Positions 35,443 through 44,959 of a DNA stretch of 46,328 nucleotides are shown piece by piece. The DNA is taken from contig JAWODM010000023.1 in the NCBI GenBank assembly GCA_046483305.1, forward strand, positions 1 to 46,328, in the 5' to 3' direction. The notes beneath the pieces are model-generated. The model searched no databases, was not told the DNA's origin, and saw nothing but the letters and a program-made list of their open reading frames with translations. Source of the stretch: Candidatus Krumholzibacteriales bacterium (lineage in GTDB: Bacteria > Krumholzibacteriota > Krumholzibacteriia > Krumholzibacteriales > WJIX01). Every line of letters starts with the position of its first letter. The first letter of the stretch is position 1. The translations under genes and the position numbers were made by a program.

Positions 35443-36309
35443 TCAGTTTCCTGTCCCGGCAGCAGAATCAGCTATCCGCTCCGGGAGTCCCGGATCATAG
35501 AAAATTGCGGTGCCGATCTGAACAGCCGCGGCACCGGCGGCGAAAAACTTTCTGGCGTCGGTTACCGAATTGATTCCGCCCGAGCCAAGGACCGGAATTT
35601 CCACCTGCCGGCATATTTCATAAACAGCTCTCAGCGCCACCGGCAATATAGCCGGTCCTGACAGGCCGGCTACTCCCCTGTCGAATACCGGGCAGCCGGT
35701 ATCAGGGTCTATATCCATCCCCAGCAATGTGTTAATAGCTGTAATGCCGTCCGCTCCCGCTTCTTCACACACCGCTGCCAGCCCTGCGATATCACCCACG
35801 TTCGGCGTCAGCTTGGCCACAACGGCTTTGCCCGCAAGAATATCTTTTGCCCTTGTTATATACCACTTCAGCAGGCCTGGATCGGTTCCGACTGCCATTC
35901 CTCCCCGGTCTACATTGGGACAGGAAAGATTAAGTTCCACTATATCCACATTCTCCTGACCGGATACGGTTTCCAGCAGGCCCTTATATTCCTCCTGACC
36001 CTCGCAGGCCAGGCTGACGATGGGATAAGCTCCCAGATCCATAAGTTCCGGCAGTTTCTCCCTGAAAAAAACCTCAACTCCCACATTCTCCAGCCCGACG
36101 CTGTTCAGAAGGCCGGAGGGTGTTTCCATCAGGCGCCTTCCGCTGTTACCGGCCCTGGGATGCAGGGAAATGGTCTTGGTAACCACCGCTCCCAGTTTTT
36201 CCATATTTATAAAATCTGAATATTCCAATCCGTATCCGGCGGGCCCGGAAGCGAGAATTACCGGATTTTTCAGTGTAAAATCGCCGATCCTGACTCTGGT
36301 CGGTTCCAT
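35443..36309 (-). CDS. pyrD: Dihydroorotate dehydrogenase class 1B catalytic subunit
   Basis: KNPVILASG, LNSVGLEN, ELNLSCPN, KLTPN, INT and GLSGPAI. Start is ATG 36309 or 36330. Confidence 0.95.
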   Translation of the reverse strand: MEPTRVRIGDFTLKNPVILASGPAGYGLEYSDFINMEKLGAVVTKTISLHPRAGNSGRRLMETPSGLLNSVGLENVGVEVFFREKLPELMDLGAYPIVSLACEGQEEYKGLLETVSGQENVDIVELNLSCPNVDRGGMAVGTDPGLLKWYITRAKDILAGKAVVAKLTPNVGDIAGLAAVCEEAGADGITAINTLLGMDIDPDTGCPVFDRGVAGLSGPAILPVALRAVYEICRQVEIPVLGSGGINSVTDARKFFAAGAAAVQIGTAIFYDPGLPERIADSAAGTGN

Positions 36310-36317
36310 TTGCCTCT

Positions 36318-37130
36318 CTATTCCCTCCATTTTTTCCAGTCTATCTCGTCAGCTTCGAATACCGTTCCTTCCGAACATACCGCTCTGAATGCCGCCCCAC
36401 CCTCTGTTTTGATCGGAACCACACATCCCCTGCAGGCTCCCACACCGCAGGCCATCACGGTTTCCAGCGAAGTCTGGTGGCTTCTGAAATTTCCGGTCCC
36501 CCCCTCCACCAACTCCTTGACCATCCCCGCTGGCCCGCAGGAGAATAGATAGCGTTCCGGCAGCGCTCCTTTCTCCCTGAGAGAGCTGAACATTTGCACT
36601 ACATCCCCCTTGAACCCTTCCGAGCCATCCAGGGTTGCGACATGAACGGACGTGAAATCCTCCCTGCACAGCCCGGTCAGAAGCTCATCTCCGGTATTGG
36701 CGCCATACAGGAAGTGAGAGATTCCTATCCGGCCGTCCTTGGCCCAGTTTCTGGCTGTATATACCAGGGGGGCAAGGCCGGTTCCCCCCGCCACGAAAAC
36801 AGCATCCTCGCTTTCCGGAATATCGAAGTAAGTCTCACCCAGAGGGCCTATCAGGTCAAGGGTTTCAGAAGCCCTGCGGCCTGCTATATACCTGGTACCG
36901 GGACCCACCGCCTTGACCAGCAGCACCAGGGTGCCTGGAGTGGAGTCCATTATACTGAAAGGCCTTCTGAGAAGGGGTGAAGTGACGTCGCCAATCTTAA
37001 TGGAGACGAACTGGCCGGGCATCGGCTCCGCGAAACCTTCGGGTTTTTGAAGAGTCAGCATATAGGCGAAGGGAGAGACCTGCTCGTTTATTTCAATTAT
37101 GGCCTGGAATGGCCCCCGGTTAATATTCAT
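36318..37130 (-). CDS. pyrK: Dihydroorotate dehydrogenase electron transfer subunit
   Basis: PGQF, LRRPFS, GGTGLAP, CGP and 2Fe-2S motif MACGVGACRGC...VC. Confidence 0.93.
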   Translation of the reverse strand: MNINRGPFQAIIEINEQVSPFAYMLTLQKPEGFAEPMPGQFVSIKIGDVTSPLLRRPFSIMDSTPGTLVLLVKAVGPGTRYIAGRRASETLDLIGPLGETYFDIPESEDAVFVAGGTGLAPLVYTARNWAKDGRIGISHFLYGANTGDELLTGLCREDFTSVHVATLDGSEGFKGDVVQMFSSLREKGALPERYLFSCGPAGMVKELVEGGTGNFRSHQTSLETVMACGVGACRGCVVPIKTEGGAAFRAVCSEGTVFEADEIDWKKWRE

Positions 37131-37143
37131 GCCTTACCCACCT

Positions 37144-38715
37144 TTATTGCTTCGTCCCGGCCCCTGAAGAATCGGGCGCCGCGGCGGATGAATCACCCTC
37201 TACGGTCGACATTCCCAATGAATCCGCTGCTGATTCTGCTGGCTGGAGATTACCGGATGGCATTCCCCGCGGTGCTGCCGCGGCTGTATCGGGCAATGCC
37301 TGAACGGAATCAACATAGGCCCGCAGGTCCATAACCGCTTCCCTGCCCTCCAGGGATTCTATTCTATTCAGAGCTCCGGCGGCCTGGGCATGCCGCGGGT
37401 AGGCTCGTATTACCTTCCGGTAAGCCCGGACCGCTTTCTCCGGCTGCCCCATTTTCTTTTCGTAGATCCATCCCACCGCGTAAGCCGCCTTTCTCGCCGA
37501 TTCAGTCCCGGGGAAGCTATCAACTATCGCACTGTAATTTTCTAAAGCTTTTTCGAACTGGTCGAACTGGACCAGCTGGATTTCAGCCCTGTAGAAATTC
37601 CGTTTCGCCTTCTGCTCGGGGGTCTCTTCCCCCTCCTCCACACTCTCGAATTCTATCAACCTGCTGATACTGTTGGCTTTCTTCAGCGATTCGCTCGCGA
37701 ATTCCGATTCAGGGTCCTCTTTGGCTACTCTTCCGAAATACTCCCTGGCCTTCTGAAGCGAATCTGTCTTCTGGTGATAAAGACTGCCCAGATAAAAACT
37801 CGCCTCTGCCGAATATGTCGATTTGGGGAATTTGCCCATCAGGTCCTCATAATAGTCTATGGCCATCTGGAGGGAATCCATGCATTCATAACCCCTGGCC
37901 ATTCCCAGCAGAATCGGAGCCTTCTCGCGCCGCTGTCTGACATTCTCCAGGAGTTGATTGTAGATATCAACCGCTTCAGAGCATCTACCCAGCTCGGTAT
38001 AGCACCTGCCCAGAGGAAGAGAAACATTCAGTCTTGTCTCCCAGGTAATTCCCTTCCCCAGAATATTTTCGTAATATTCGGCGGCCTCCGCCCACTGCTC
38101 CAGGGAATAATGCATATCAGCCGCTCTCAGAACCGCTTCTTCCACCATCCGGTCATCCCCGGCTTCCTCCACTATTCCAAGATAATACTCCAGCGCCTCC
38201 TCATTCTCCCCCTGCGCCTGCTTAATATCGCCGGCCAGCATATGTACGTCGAACCGGGCCTTATGGTCCGGATACATCTCAAGGAAGCTCTCAATATAAT
38301 TGAGAGCCTGCTGATATTCCTCTCTGGTCATATAGATCCTGGCCAGCCACATCCTGGAAAGAGGCGCGTACTGGTCATCAGGCCAGTTTTCGATAATCTC
38401 CTTGAATTTCTTCTCAGATTTTGAGTAATCCTCCATCCGGAAGAAGGTCTTGCCCAGCAGAAATGCCGCGTCGTCGGCCCACCGGCTGTCCGGATGGTTC
38501 TTGAGAATCTTGGAGCATTTCACTACCACCTTCTCATAATCATTCTCCAGAGAACGCAGAGATCTCTCTTCCTCTATCCGGCGGTACTCGGCTTCGCTGT
38601 AAATCCTTCTGGCGTTGTACAATGTATTGAAATAAACACAGGAGAATAGAGTTGAAAGCAGAATCGCGGCGACAGTGATATTTAATTTCCGGAATATTCT
38701 GTTTTTATCGCTCAA
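37144..38715 (-). CDS. Tetratricopeptide-repeat lipoprotein
   Basis: Lipobox LFSC followed by VYFNTLYNA; many TPR repeats of the ...YP.S..A type; low-complexity C-terminal tail. Confidence 0.85.
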   Translation of the reverse strand: MSDKNRIFRKLNITVAAILLSTLFSCVYFNTLYNARRIYSEAEYRRIEEERSLRSLENDYEKVVVKCSKILKNHPDSRWADDAAFLLGKTFFRMEDYSKSEKKFKEIIENWPDDQYAPLSRMWLARIYMTREEYQQALNYIESFLEMYPDHKARFDVHMLAGDIKQAQGENEEALEYYLGIVEEAGDDRMVEEAVLRAADMHYSLEQWAEAAEYYENILGKGITWETRLNVSLPLGRCYTELGRCSEAVDIYNQLLENVRQRREKAPILLGMARGYECMDSLQMAIDYYEDLMGKFPKSTYSAEASFYLGSLYHQKTDSLQKAREYFGRVAKEDPESEFASESLKKANSISRLIEFESVEEGEETPEQKAKRNFYRAEIQLVQFDQFEKALENYSAIVDSFPGTESARKAAYAVGWIYEKKMGQPEKAVRAYRKVIRAYPRHAQAAGALNRIESLEGREAVMDLRAYVDSVQALPDTAAAAPRGMPSGNLQPAESAADSLGMSTVEGDSSAAAPDSSGAGTKQ

Positions 38716-38745
38716 TGGTTCTCCGAACTGTTTTGCAGATCCAGG

Positions 38746-40047
38746 TTAATCCACCGTTGAAGTCCATTTACCTCCCACAAACACTCCCTGGACCCTCCCG
38801 GTAAGGGTCTTGCCGACCAGGGGGCTGTTGCAGGATATCGATCTGTTGTTCGACATGTCGTAAACCCACTCCTGTTCCGGGTCTATTACAGCCAGGTCCG
38901 CCGCCGCGCCTTTCTCCATGGTTCCGCCCGGTATGCCCAGCACCCCGGCGGGAGCGGAAGTCATCAGCCGCACCAGATCGGTAAGCTCCAGCCTGCCGGT
39001 TCTGACCAGTTCCGTATTAAGCTGTGAAAAGGCGGTCTGAAGCCCAATCATTCCCGGCGGGGCAAGATCGAACTCCACCTGCTTGTCTATCACATTGTGG
39101 GGAGCGTGATCAGTTGCGATACAGTCTATAACACCGCTCTTGAGGCCGTCCAGCAGAATATCCACATCACTGGAGGACCTGAGAGGGGGGTTGACCTTCA
39201 GATTCCGGTCGTAACTCTGAAGCATGGAATCGTCCATGGTAAGGTGGTGAGGGGTTACCTCCGCGGTTACCGGAATTCCCCGCTCTTTTCCCCTTCTGAT
39301 AATTTCAACCGAACCTGCGGTGCTGGCATGGGCGATATGCAGCCGGGAGCCGGTCAATCCTGACAGGGAAATATCCCTGTAAACCGCTGTCTCTTCAGCC
39401 TGTGACGGTATGCCGGCCAGCCCCAGTTTGGTGGAATAATAACCTTCATTCATCAGCCCTCCGGCCGACAGGGTATCGTCCTCACAGTGAGAGATTACGG
39501 TAAGGCCCAGCATCCCGGCGTATTCGAGAGCGGAGCGCATTACCCTGCCTCTGGAAATATATTTTCCGTCGTCACTGAGGGCCGTGATCCCGGCATCGGC
39601 CAGCAGCCCGAACTCACTTATGTCAGAGCCCTTCAAACCCTCTGTGACTGCTCCGATCACGTACAGGCGGCAGTTGCCGGCATCCTCGTTTCTGTTGAGA
39701 ATATACCTGACCACACTGGGGTCATCCACCACCGGATCAGTATTCGCCATACAGGCCACCGAAGTGTATCCTCCCGCTATCGCTGCCGCGGTTCCCGAAG
39801 CCACTGTCTCCTTATCCTCGTAACCAGGTTCTCTGAGGTGGGCATGGATATCCACGAATCCCGGAGTTACCACATAATCTTCCAGTTCAAGGACCGGGAG
39901 ATTGGTCTCAATCTTCTTTTTCCACGCCACCTCTTCTATCAATCCCTTTTTAACATGGATACTGCCGTAAGCCGGTTTATTCCTGGAGGGATCTATCAGT
40001 TTCGCTCCGGTTATCCAGAATTCACTTCTGTTTCTCCATTTGATCAT
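38746..40047 (-). CDS. pyrC: Dihydroorotase (type I)
   Basis: DIHAHLREPG, CMANT, HCED, HIAH, EVTPHHL, KVNPPLR and ATDHAPH. Confidence 0.96.
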   Translation of the reverse strand: MIKWRNRSEFWITGAKLIDPSRNKPAYGSIHVKKGLIEEVAWKKKIETNLPVLELEDYVVTPGFVDIHAHLREPGYEDKETVASGTAAAIAGGYTSVACMANTDPVVDDPSVVRYILNRNEDAGNCRLYVIGAVTEGLKGSDISEFGLLADAGITALSDDGKYISRGRVMRSALEYAGMLGLTVISHCEDDTLSAGGLMNEGYYSTKLGLAGIPSQAEETAVYRDISLSGLTGSRLHIAHASTAGSVEIIRRGKERGIPVTAEVTPHHLTMDDSMLQSYDRNLKVNPPLRSSSDVDILLDGLKSGVIDCIATDHAPHNVIDKQVEFDLAPPGMIGLQTAFSQLNTELVRTGRLELTDLVRLMTSAPAGVLGIPGGTMEKGAAADLAVIDPEQEWVYDMSNNRSISCNSPLVGKTLTGRVQGVFVGGKWTSTVD

Positions 40048-40071
40048 CTGAACTCCTTGCTTCCTTCTTTA

Positions 40072-41022
40072 TTAATGAATTTCCGATTCGCTGCTCTTCC
40101 CTCCCGCGATCAGAAACAGAACCGCCATCCTTACCGCCACCCCGTTGGTCACCTGGGGAAGGATTACCGCCCTGTCTCCGTCGGCTACTTCCTGGCTGAT
40201 TTCCACACCCCTGTTCATGGGGCCCGGATGCATTACTATACAGTCCGGGGGAGCGCTCTCCAGCACCTCGCCGGTAACCCCGAACCTGCTGAGATATTCT
40301 CTTCTGCTGGGGAAAAGTTTCGACTTCTGCCGTTCAAGCTGAATTCTCAGGATATTAATTGCGTCCGCTTCCGATACCGCCTTGCGGAGGTCGTACTCCG
40401 CGGTTACTCCCCCCTCTCCCATCTTCTCCACTTCCACCGGCATCATGGTCGGCGGCCCGCAGAGAGTTACTTCCACGCCCATCCTGGTAAGACCCCAGAT
40501 ATTCGACCTGGCTACCCGGCTGTGCTTAATATCGCCTATAATGGTAACTTTCTTCCCCTCGAAAGATCCCCACCTCTGTCTCAGGGTGAGCATATCCAGC
40601 AGCGCCTGGGTGGGATGCTCATGCTGCCCGTCACCGGCATTTACGACAGAGGCGTCAAGAAATTCAGATAGAAACTTATGGGCCCCCGAGCTTCCGTGCC
40701 TCATCACCACGATATCAACTTTCATCGCCTCGATATTCTCGGCGGTATCCCGCAGACTCTCCCCTTTCTTAACGGATGAGGCGGCCTTCGAGAAACTGAC
40801 AGAGTCAGCGCTGAGCCTTTTCTCGGCCAGCTCAAAACTCAGTTTCGTCCTGGTACTCGGCTCATAGAAGAGATTCGCCACCGTTATACCCCGCAGGGCG
40901 GGAACCTTCTTTATGGCCCTCTCGGAGATTTCCTTGAAATTCTCGGCGGTATCCAGGATCAGATTTATTTCTTCCGCCTCCAGCTCCTCCAGGCCAAGCA
41001 GATTCTTGCGTTTAAATTTCAC
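40072..41022 (-). CDS. pyrB: Aspartate carbamoyltransferase catalytic subunit
   Basis: FYEPSTRT, KGESLRDT, NAGDGQHEHPTQALLD, LRIQLER and MHPGP. Confidence 0.97.
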   Translation of the reverse strand: MKFKRKNLLGLEELEAEEINLILDTAENFKEISERAIKKVPALRGITVANLFYEPSTRTKLSFELAEKRLSADSVSFSKAASSVKKGESLRDTAENIEAMKVDIVVMRHGSSGAHKFLSEFLDASVVNAGDGQHEHPTQALLDMLTLRQRWGSFEGKKVTIIGDIKHSRVARSNIWGLTRMGVEVTLCGPPTMMPVEVEKMGEGGVTAEYDLRKAVSEADAINILRIQLERQKSKLFPSRREYLSRFGVTGEVLESAPPDCIVMHPGPMNRGVEISQEVADGDRAVILPQVTNGVAVRMAVLFLIAGGKSSESEIH

Positions 41023-41090
41023 TTTTATCCTTTCCCGGTTGCAGAACCAAAAAAACCCGGCTCTTCATCGTCCCCATCACCGGAATATCC

Positions 41091-41684
41091 CTACTTTCCC
41101 TTCTTTTTTCCGCTCCCTCCGGTTTTCTTCTTATCCTCGTAGACTATGTCGCACAGAACTACCTTCTCTTCTCCGTCTGTCTCCTCAAACAGCAGCTTGA
41201 TGGTTTCGTCACTCGATGTGGGAACGTTCTTTCCCACAAAATCGGCTCTAATCGGAAACTCGCGGTGGCCTCTGTCTATCAGAACCGCCAGCCTGATAGC
41301 CCTGGGCCGGCCGAAATCTATAAGTTCATCCAGGGCGGCTCTCACCGTCCTGCCGGTGAACAGGACATCGTCGACCAGCACCACTACCTTGTCGTTAATA
41401 TCGTGATTTATCTCAGTCTTGCCAACCACCGGGTTGGAGGCGATCATCACCACGTCGTCCCTGTAAAGGGTAATATCCAGAGCCCCCACCTTAACCTCCC
41501 GGCCTTCGAATTCGCCGATGAATCTGGCGATTCTTTCGGCCAGCGGGACCCCCCGCTTTCTAATGCCCACCAGCACCAGGTCATCAACTCCCTTGTTCTT
41601 TTCCACTATCTCATGAGAGATCCTCAACAGGGTATGCCTGATCTGCTCCTTGTCCATCACTACTGCTTTTCTTTTTATTTTCAA
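41091..41684 (-). CDS. pyrR: Bifunctional pyrimidine operon attenuation protein / uracil phosphoribosyltransferase
   Basis: [33 protein letters not shown] and [19 protein letters not shown]. Start set at TTG 41684 (AGGAGG RBS), downstream of the attenuator. Confidence 0.96.
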   Translation of the reverse strand: MKIKRKAVVMDKEQIRHTLLRISHEIVEKNKGVDDLVLVGIRKRGVPLAERIARFIGEFEGREVKVGALDITLYRDDVVMIASNPVVGKTEINHDINDKVVVLVDDVLFTGRTVRAALDELIDFGRPRAIRLAVLIDRGHREFPIRADFVGKNVPTSSDETIKLLFEETDGEEKVVLCDIVYEDKKKTGGSGKKKGK

Positions 41685-41754
41685 AAATATCCCTCCTGCA
41701 ATAATCGCAGTTTCCACTGCAAATTTAGAATCCGTTTCGATCCGGCCGCCGGGC

Positions 41755-41780
41755 AAAAAAAAGCCTCCCGTTCCGGGAGG
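41755..41780 (-). terminator. Intrinsic attenuator terminator in the pyrR leader
   Basis: Minus strand CCTCCCG-GAA-CGGGAGG followed by C and T8. Confidence 0.9.
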
Positions 41781-41810
41781 TAATCGCGTTCTCCGATCTT
41801 GTTCTCATTC

Positions 41811-41844
41811 TCCTTTGCTGGCCTCCCGGACCAGATTAAAAGGA
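41811..41844 (-). ncRNA. PyrR binding loop (anti-antiterminator)
   Basis: RNA UCCUUUUAAUCUGGUCCGGGAGGCCAGCAAAGGA resembles the PyrR site (CUUUAA...RUCC..GAGGY...AAGG). Its UCCGGGAGG is exactly complementary to the terminator 5' arm CCUCCCGGA, giving the antiterminator. Confidence 0.88.
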
Positions 41845-41854
41845 TTCAGAGAGT

Positions 41855-41883
41855 ATTCTAATCATACGGTTATAATAATACAA
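41855..41883 (-). promoter_or_regulatory. Sigma70 promoter of the pyr operon
   Basis: Minus-strand TTGTAT-N17-TAGAAT; the predicted start lies a few nt before the PyrR loop. Confidence 0.65.
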
Positions 41884-41951
41884 CATCTTTTTTATATTTT
41901 TCTCAATGGCCCTTATCCGCCGCGGGGCTGGACTCTATCGCTCCCCCTTTT

Positions 41952-42290
41952 TCAGAACTCCTCCAGCCCGCCGTCGCGGTAGCTCTGATAGGCCTCCCGG
42001 ACAGTCATATCACCGGCTCCGGCAAAAACCTTTACCCCCATCTTCTCTATAACCGCTGCGGCGTTGCCGCCGGGGCCATTCCCGGTAACCACCACATCGA
42101 CATCATATTCAGCCATCTTCTGCGCCGTCCTGGGACCGGCTCCATGGGCCTGATCCGCTATATCGCGATTGTCGTAGACCTCTACCTCCTCCGATTCATC
42201 ATCATAAATGAAAAAGTACTCTGTTCTTCCGAACCTTGGGTCCATCCCGGAATCCCAGCTGTCGCCCCTGCTGGTGAATAAAATCTTCAT
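41952..42290 (-). CDS. NifB/NifX-family protein (Orange-protein-like)
   Basis: DPRFGRT.YF, HGAGPRTAQ and VVTGNGPG. Confidence 0.88.
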   Translation of the reverse strand: MKILFTSRGDSWDSGMDPRFGRTEYFFIYDDESEEVEVYDNRDIADQAHGAGPRTAQKMAEYDVDVVVTGNGPGGNAAAVIEKMGVKVFAGAGDMTVREAYQSYRDGGLEEF

Positions 42291-42312
42291 TTCTCCTCCT
42301 CTATCATCTCTC

Positions 42313-43197
42313 TTAATTAATGTTATCCACTATTTCCCTTACCTTCTTCCAGCTGTCCTCAACAATCCCTTTCAACTCCCGGTCGTGGTATTCCACGATG
42401 GTCTTCCCCATGGTCATTGCCCTGGTAAAGTTTTCATTGTAGGGTATCAAACTGATCAGGGCTATTCCCTCCTCTTCCAGGAACTTCTTTATCTCCCCGG
42501 TCTTATCATCATTCAGGTCATACTTGTTGATGATACAGCCCGTCTTTATCCTGTGCATCTGCACTAATTCATAAACCCTTTTCAGGTCGTGAATACCGGC
42601 AACTGAAGGCTCCGTCACCAGAATAACATAATCGGCCCCGGAGAGCGAAGACACCACCGGGCATCCCACCCCCGGAGAACCATCGACTATCACGTAATCC
42701 CTGCTGTCTTTCCCGGCGAGCTGCCTGGCCTCCTTCTTCACCCGCGCCACCAGTTTGCCTGAATTCTCTGCCCCGATCCCCAACCGGGCATGAATCATTC
42801 TGCTGCCCGATTTTATCGGAGAATCAAACCATCTGCCTACATTCTGGAGCTCCATCTCGATCGCGCCGGCAGGGCAGATCCTTGCGCAGTAACCGCATCC
42901 CTCGCAGTCCAGGGGCACTACCCGGTATTCATCATTCTCCGTTTCCACTGCGCTGAAACGGCAAACCGAGGCGCATTCCCCGCACCGGATACATTTATCG
43001 CGGTCTATCACAGCCAGGTACCCGCTGAAGAAATCCTCTCCCCTGGAGATCTCCGGCTCCAGAAGCAGGTGCATATCCGCGGCATCGACATCACAGTCGG
43101 CGATAATCGCTCTTCCGGCGGCAAGCTGAGCGAATGCGGCCGTAACGGAGGTCTTTCCCGTACCCCCTTTACCCGAGATTACCACTATCTCTTTCAT
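42313..43197 (-). CDS. MinD/CobQ-superfamily P-loop ATPase with inserted 2x[4Fe-4S] domain (paralog 2)
   Basis: SGKGGTGKT, DCDVDA, CxxCxxCxxxC twice, ENSGKLV, DGSPGVGCP and VTEP. Confidence 0.9.
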   Translation of the reverse strand: MKEIVVISGKGGTGKTSVTAAFAQLAAGRAIIADCDVDAADMHLLLEPEISRGEDFFSGYLAVIDRDKCIRCGECASVCRFSAVETENDEYRVVPLDCEGCGYCARICPAGAIEMELQNVGRWFDSPIKSGSRMIHARLGIGAENSGKLVARVKKEARQLAGKDSRDYVIVDGSPGVGCPVVSSLSGADYVILVTEPSVAGIHDLKRVYELVQMHRIKTGCIINKYDLNDDKTGEIKKFLEEEGIALISLIPYNENFTRAMTMGKTIVEYHDRELKGIVEDSWKKVREIVDNIN

Positions 43198-44054
43198 TCC
43201 CCCTCCCCCTTCCTGAAATTATTTATGAAACGGGCAATCTTTTCCAGCTGTTCCCGTACCGCTTCGATATCGAGCAGCTCGCCCTCCGCGTATAGGGCCG
43301 CTATCCTGCGGTCATTCGGAATTCTTGCCGGGATCTCAATACCCTCTTGATTGCAGTAGCCGATAACATCATCGTTTCCGATACCGTACCGGTTTATAAC
43401 CACCGCATGATTCTTTCCCAGCTGCCTGACCGTCTCCACCGCCAGCCTGAGATCGTGAAGGCCGAACGGGGTGGGCTCGGTGACCAGGATTATCAGGTCG
43501 GCGTCCTTCACCGCCTCTATCATCGGACATGAAGTGCCCGGCGGCGAATCCATTAATATCAGGCCGGCATCCGGCAGATTTCGATCCAGGTAATCCTTGG
43601 TCTGCGAGATCAACGGAACTGCCTGTTCCTCTCCTATCAGAAGAGAACTGTCCACGAAATCCAGATTCTCTCCGCAGAAGTGCCGCAACTCGCCTATCTT
43701 CACCTTTTCCATCGGAAGCGCTTCCTCCGGACAGAGCTCCGAGCAGGCGTAGCAGCTGTGGCAGAGCCGGGGGAAGATCATGATATCGTCCACCATTTTT
43801 ATTACCGCATTGAAATAACAGACCTCCTGGCAGAGTCCGCAGAGTGTGCACCTGCCGCTGTCCCAGGAGGGAATGCTCTTGAACTTATCTTCACTGAGGT
43901 GCAGAGAGGCTTTTATAAACAGGCCTGAATTGGGCTCCTCCACATCCAGGTCGGCAAGGACTACTTTTTCTCTTTCAGCCATGAAAGATGCCAGATTGGT
44001 CGCAAGGGTGGTCTTGCCGGTACCGCCCTTGCCGCTGGCTATTGCTACCTTCAT
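43194..44054 (-). CDS. MinD/CobQ-superfamily P-loop ATPase with inserted 2x[4Fe-4S] domain (paralog 1)
   Basis: ASGKGGTGKTT, DLDVEEPN, CTLCGLCQEVC, CHSCYACSELC, DSPPGTSCP and VTEPTPFGLHDL. Confidence 0.9.
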   Translation of the reverse strand: MKVAIASGKGGTGKTTLATNLASFMAEREKVVLADLDVEEPNSGLFIKASLHLSEDKFKSIPSWDSGRCTLCGLCQEVCYFNAVIKMVDDIMIFPRLCHSCYACSELCPEEALPMEKVKIGELRHFCGENLDFVDSSLLIGEEQAVPLISQTKDYLDRNLPDAGLILMDSPPGTSCPMIEAVKDADLIILVTEPTPFGLHDLRLAVETVRQLGKNHAVVINRYGIGNDDVIGYCNQEGIEIPARIPNDRRIAALYAEGELLDIEAVREQLEKIARFINNFRKGEGE

Positions 44055-44066
44055 AATCCAGCCTCT

Positions 44067-44432
44067 CTAATGGCAGTCCCGGTAACCGGTGCCCTTTCCT
44101 TCTCCATGGTCGCAGGTACTCTCGCCCGCCGTTAATCTGTTATTAATAAAATCATCAATTATGGCATCCACATCCCCCTGGACCCCGGTGATCCAGTCAA
44201 TTTTGAACTGACGGAAAAACTCCTGGGCCCTTTTCCCCATTCCACCCGCAATTATCAGGTCGCAGCCTTTTTCGCTCAGAAACTTCGGGATAGCTCCCGG
44301 CGCGTGCCCCGGATTATCCACTACCTCTCTGCCGGTAACCTTACCGTCTTCTATATCCACCATGGTATACTGCGGACACCTGCCGAAGTGGGCGGCAACC
44401 ATATTGTTCTCAGTCGAAATGGCAATTCTCAT
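44067..44432 (-). CDS. NifB/NifX-family protein
   Basis: MRIAI, AHFGRC, NPGH.PG, IAGGMG and Cys/His tail CDH...DCH. Confidence 0.88.
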   Translation of the reverse strand: MRIAISTENNMVAAHFGRCPQYTMVDIEDGKVTGREVVDNPGHAPGAIPKFLSEKGCDLIIAGGMGKRAQEFFRQFKIDWITGVQGDVDAIIDDFINNRLTAGESTCDHGEGKGTGYRDCH

Positions 44433-44479
44433 AATCTGATCTCTCCTTTCATCACAAATCCGGACTAATGTTTATTACT

Positions 44480-44929
44480 CTATTCGGAACCATCCCCCTG
44501 AATGCAGCATCTTCCATGGCCGAATCCACCGGCCAGGTCTATCAGGTTACCGGAACCGCAGGACCGGCATCTGGAAGGGCTGCTTGCCAGCTCCGCGCCG
44601 AATACCATCCCGCAATCCCCGCACCTGATAATATTTCTCCTGAAGTGGACTCTCCCCCCTCTGATGGACAGGAGTTTTCCGCTGGTCAGGAAATCGGCTA
44701 TCTTCCCCCTGGCGCTCTCTATCAGCCGGGAGAAGGTCGAACGCGATATCTTCATCTTTCCCGCCGCGGCGGCGTGGCTCAATTCCATACTGTCCGCCAG
44801 CCGTACCGCCTCATACTCATCCAGGGTAAGAACTATCCGCTGAAGCCCCCTGGCCCTGATCCCCGCCGGTTTGAAATCTGTATAAACGGGCGGGTTGGCA
44901 ACTATCCTTCTTTTCTTTCTTCGCGGCAA
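44480..44929 (-). CDS. DUF134 (UPF0251) putative DNA-binding protein with C-terminal Zn ribbon
   Basis: MPRRKKRR, FKPAG, LTLDEYEAVRL.D, AA.KMKISRSTFSR...AR.KIA and CxxC...CxxC; TTG start with AGGAG RBS. Confidence 0.9.
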   Translation of the reverse strand: MPRRKKRRIVANPPVYTDFKPAGIRARGLQRIVLTLDEYEAVRLADSMELSHAAAAGKMKISRSTFSRLIESARGKIADFLTSGKLLSIRGGRVHFRRNIIRCGDCGMVFGAELASSPSRCRSCGSGNLIDLAGGFGHGRCCIQGDGSE

Positions 44930-44959
44930 AACAGCTCCTTAATTTTCTGTCCGGATTGA

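Noticed and set aside
41049..41085. Second attenuator between pyrR and pyrB
   Set aside because: A T7 run is present on the minus strand, but the stem is weak with a long loop and there is no PyrR-binding motif.
41952..44432. Nitrogen fixation implied by NifB/NifX domains
   Set aside because: No nifHDK or nifEN is present; the context is the ORP-type cluster common in non-diazotrophic anaerobes.
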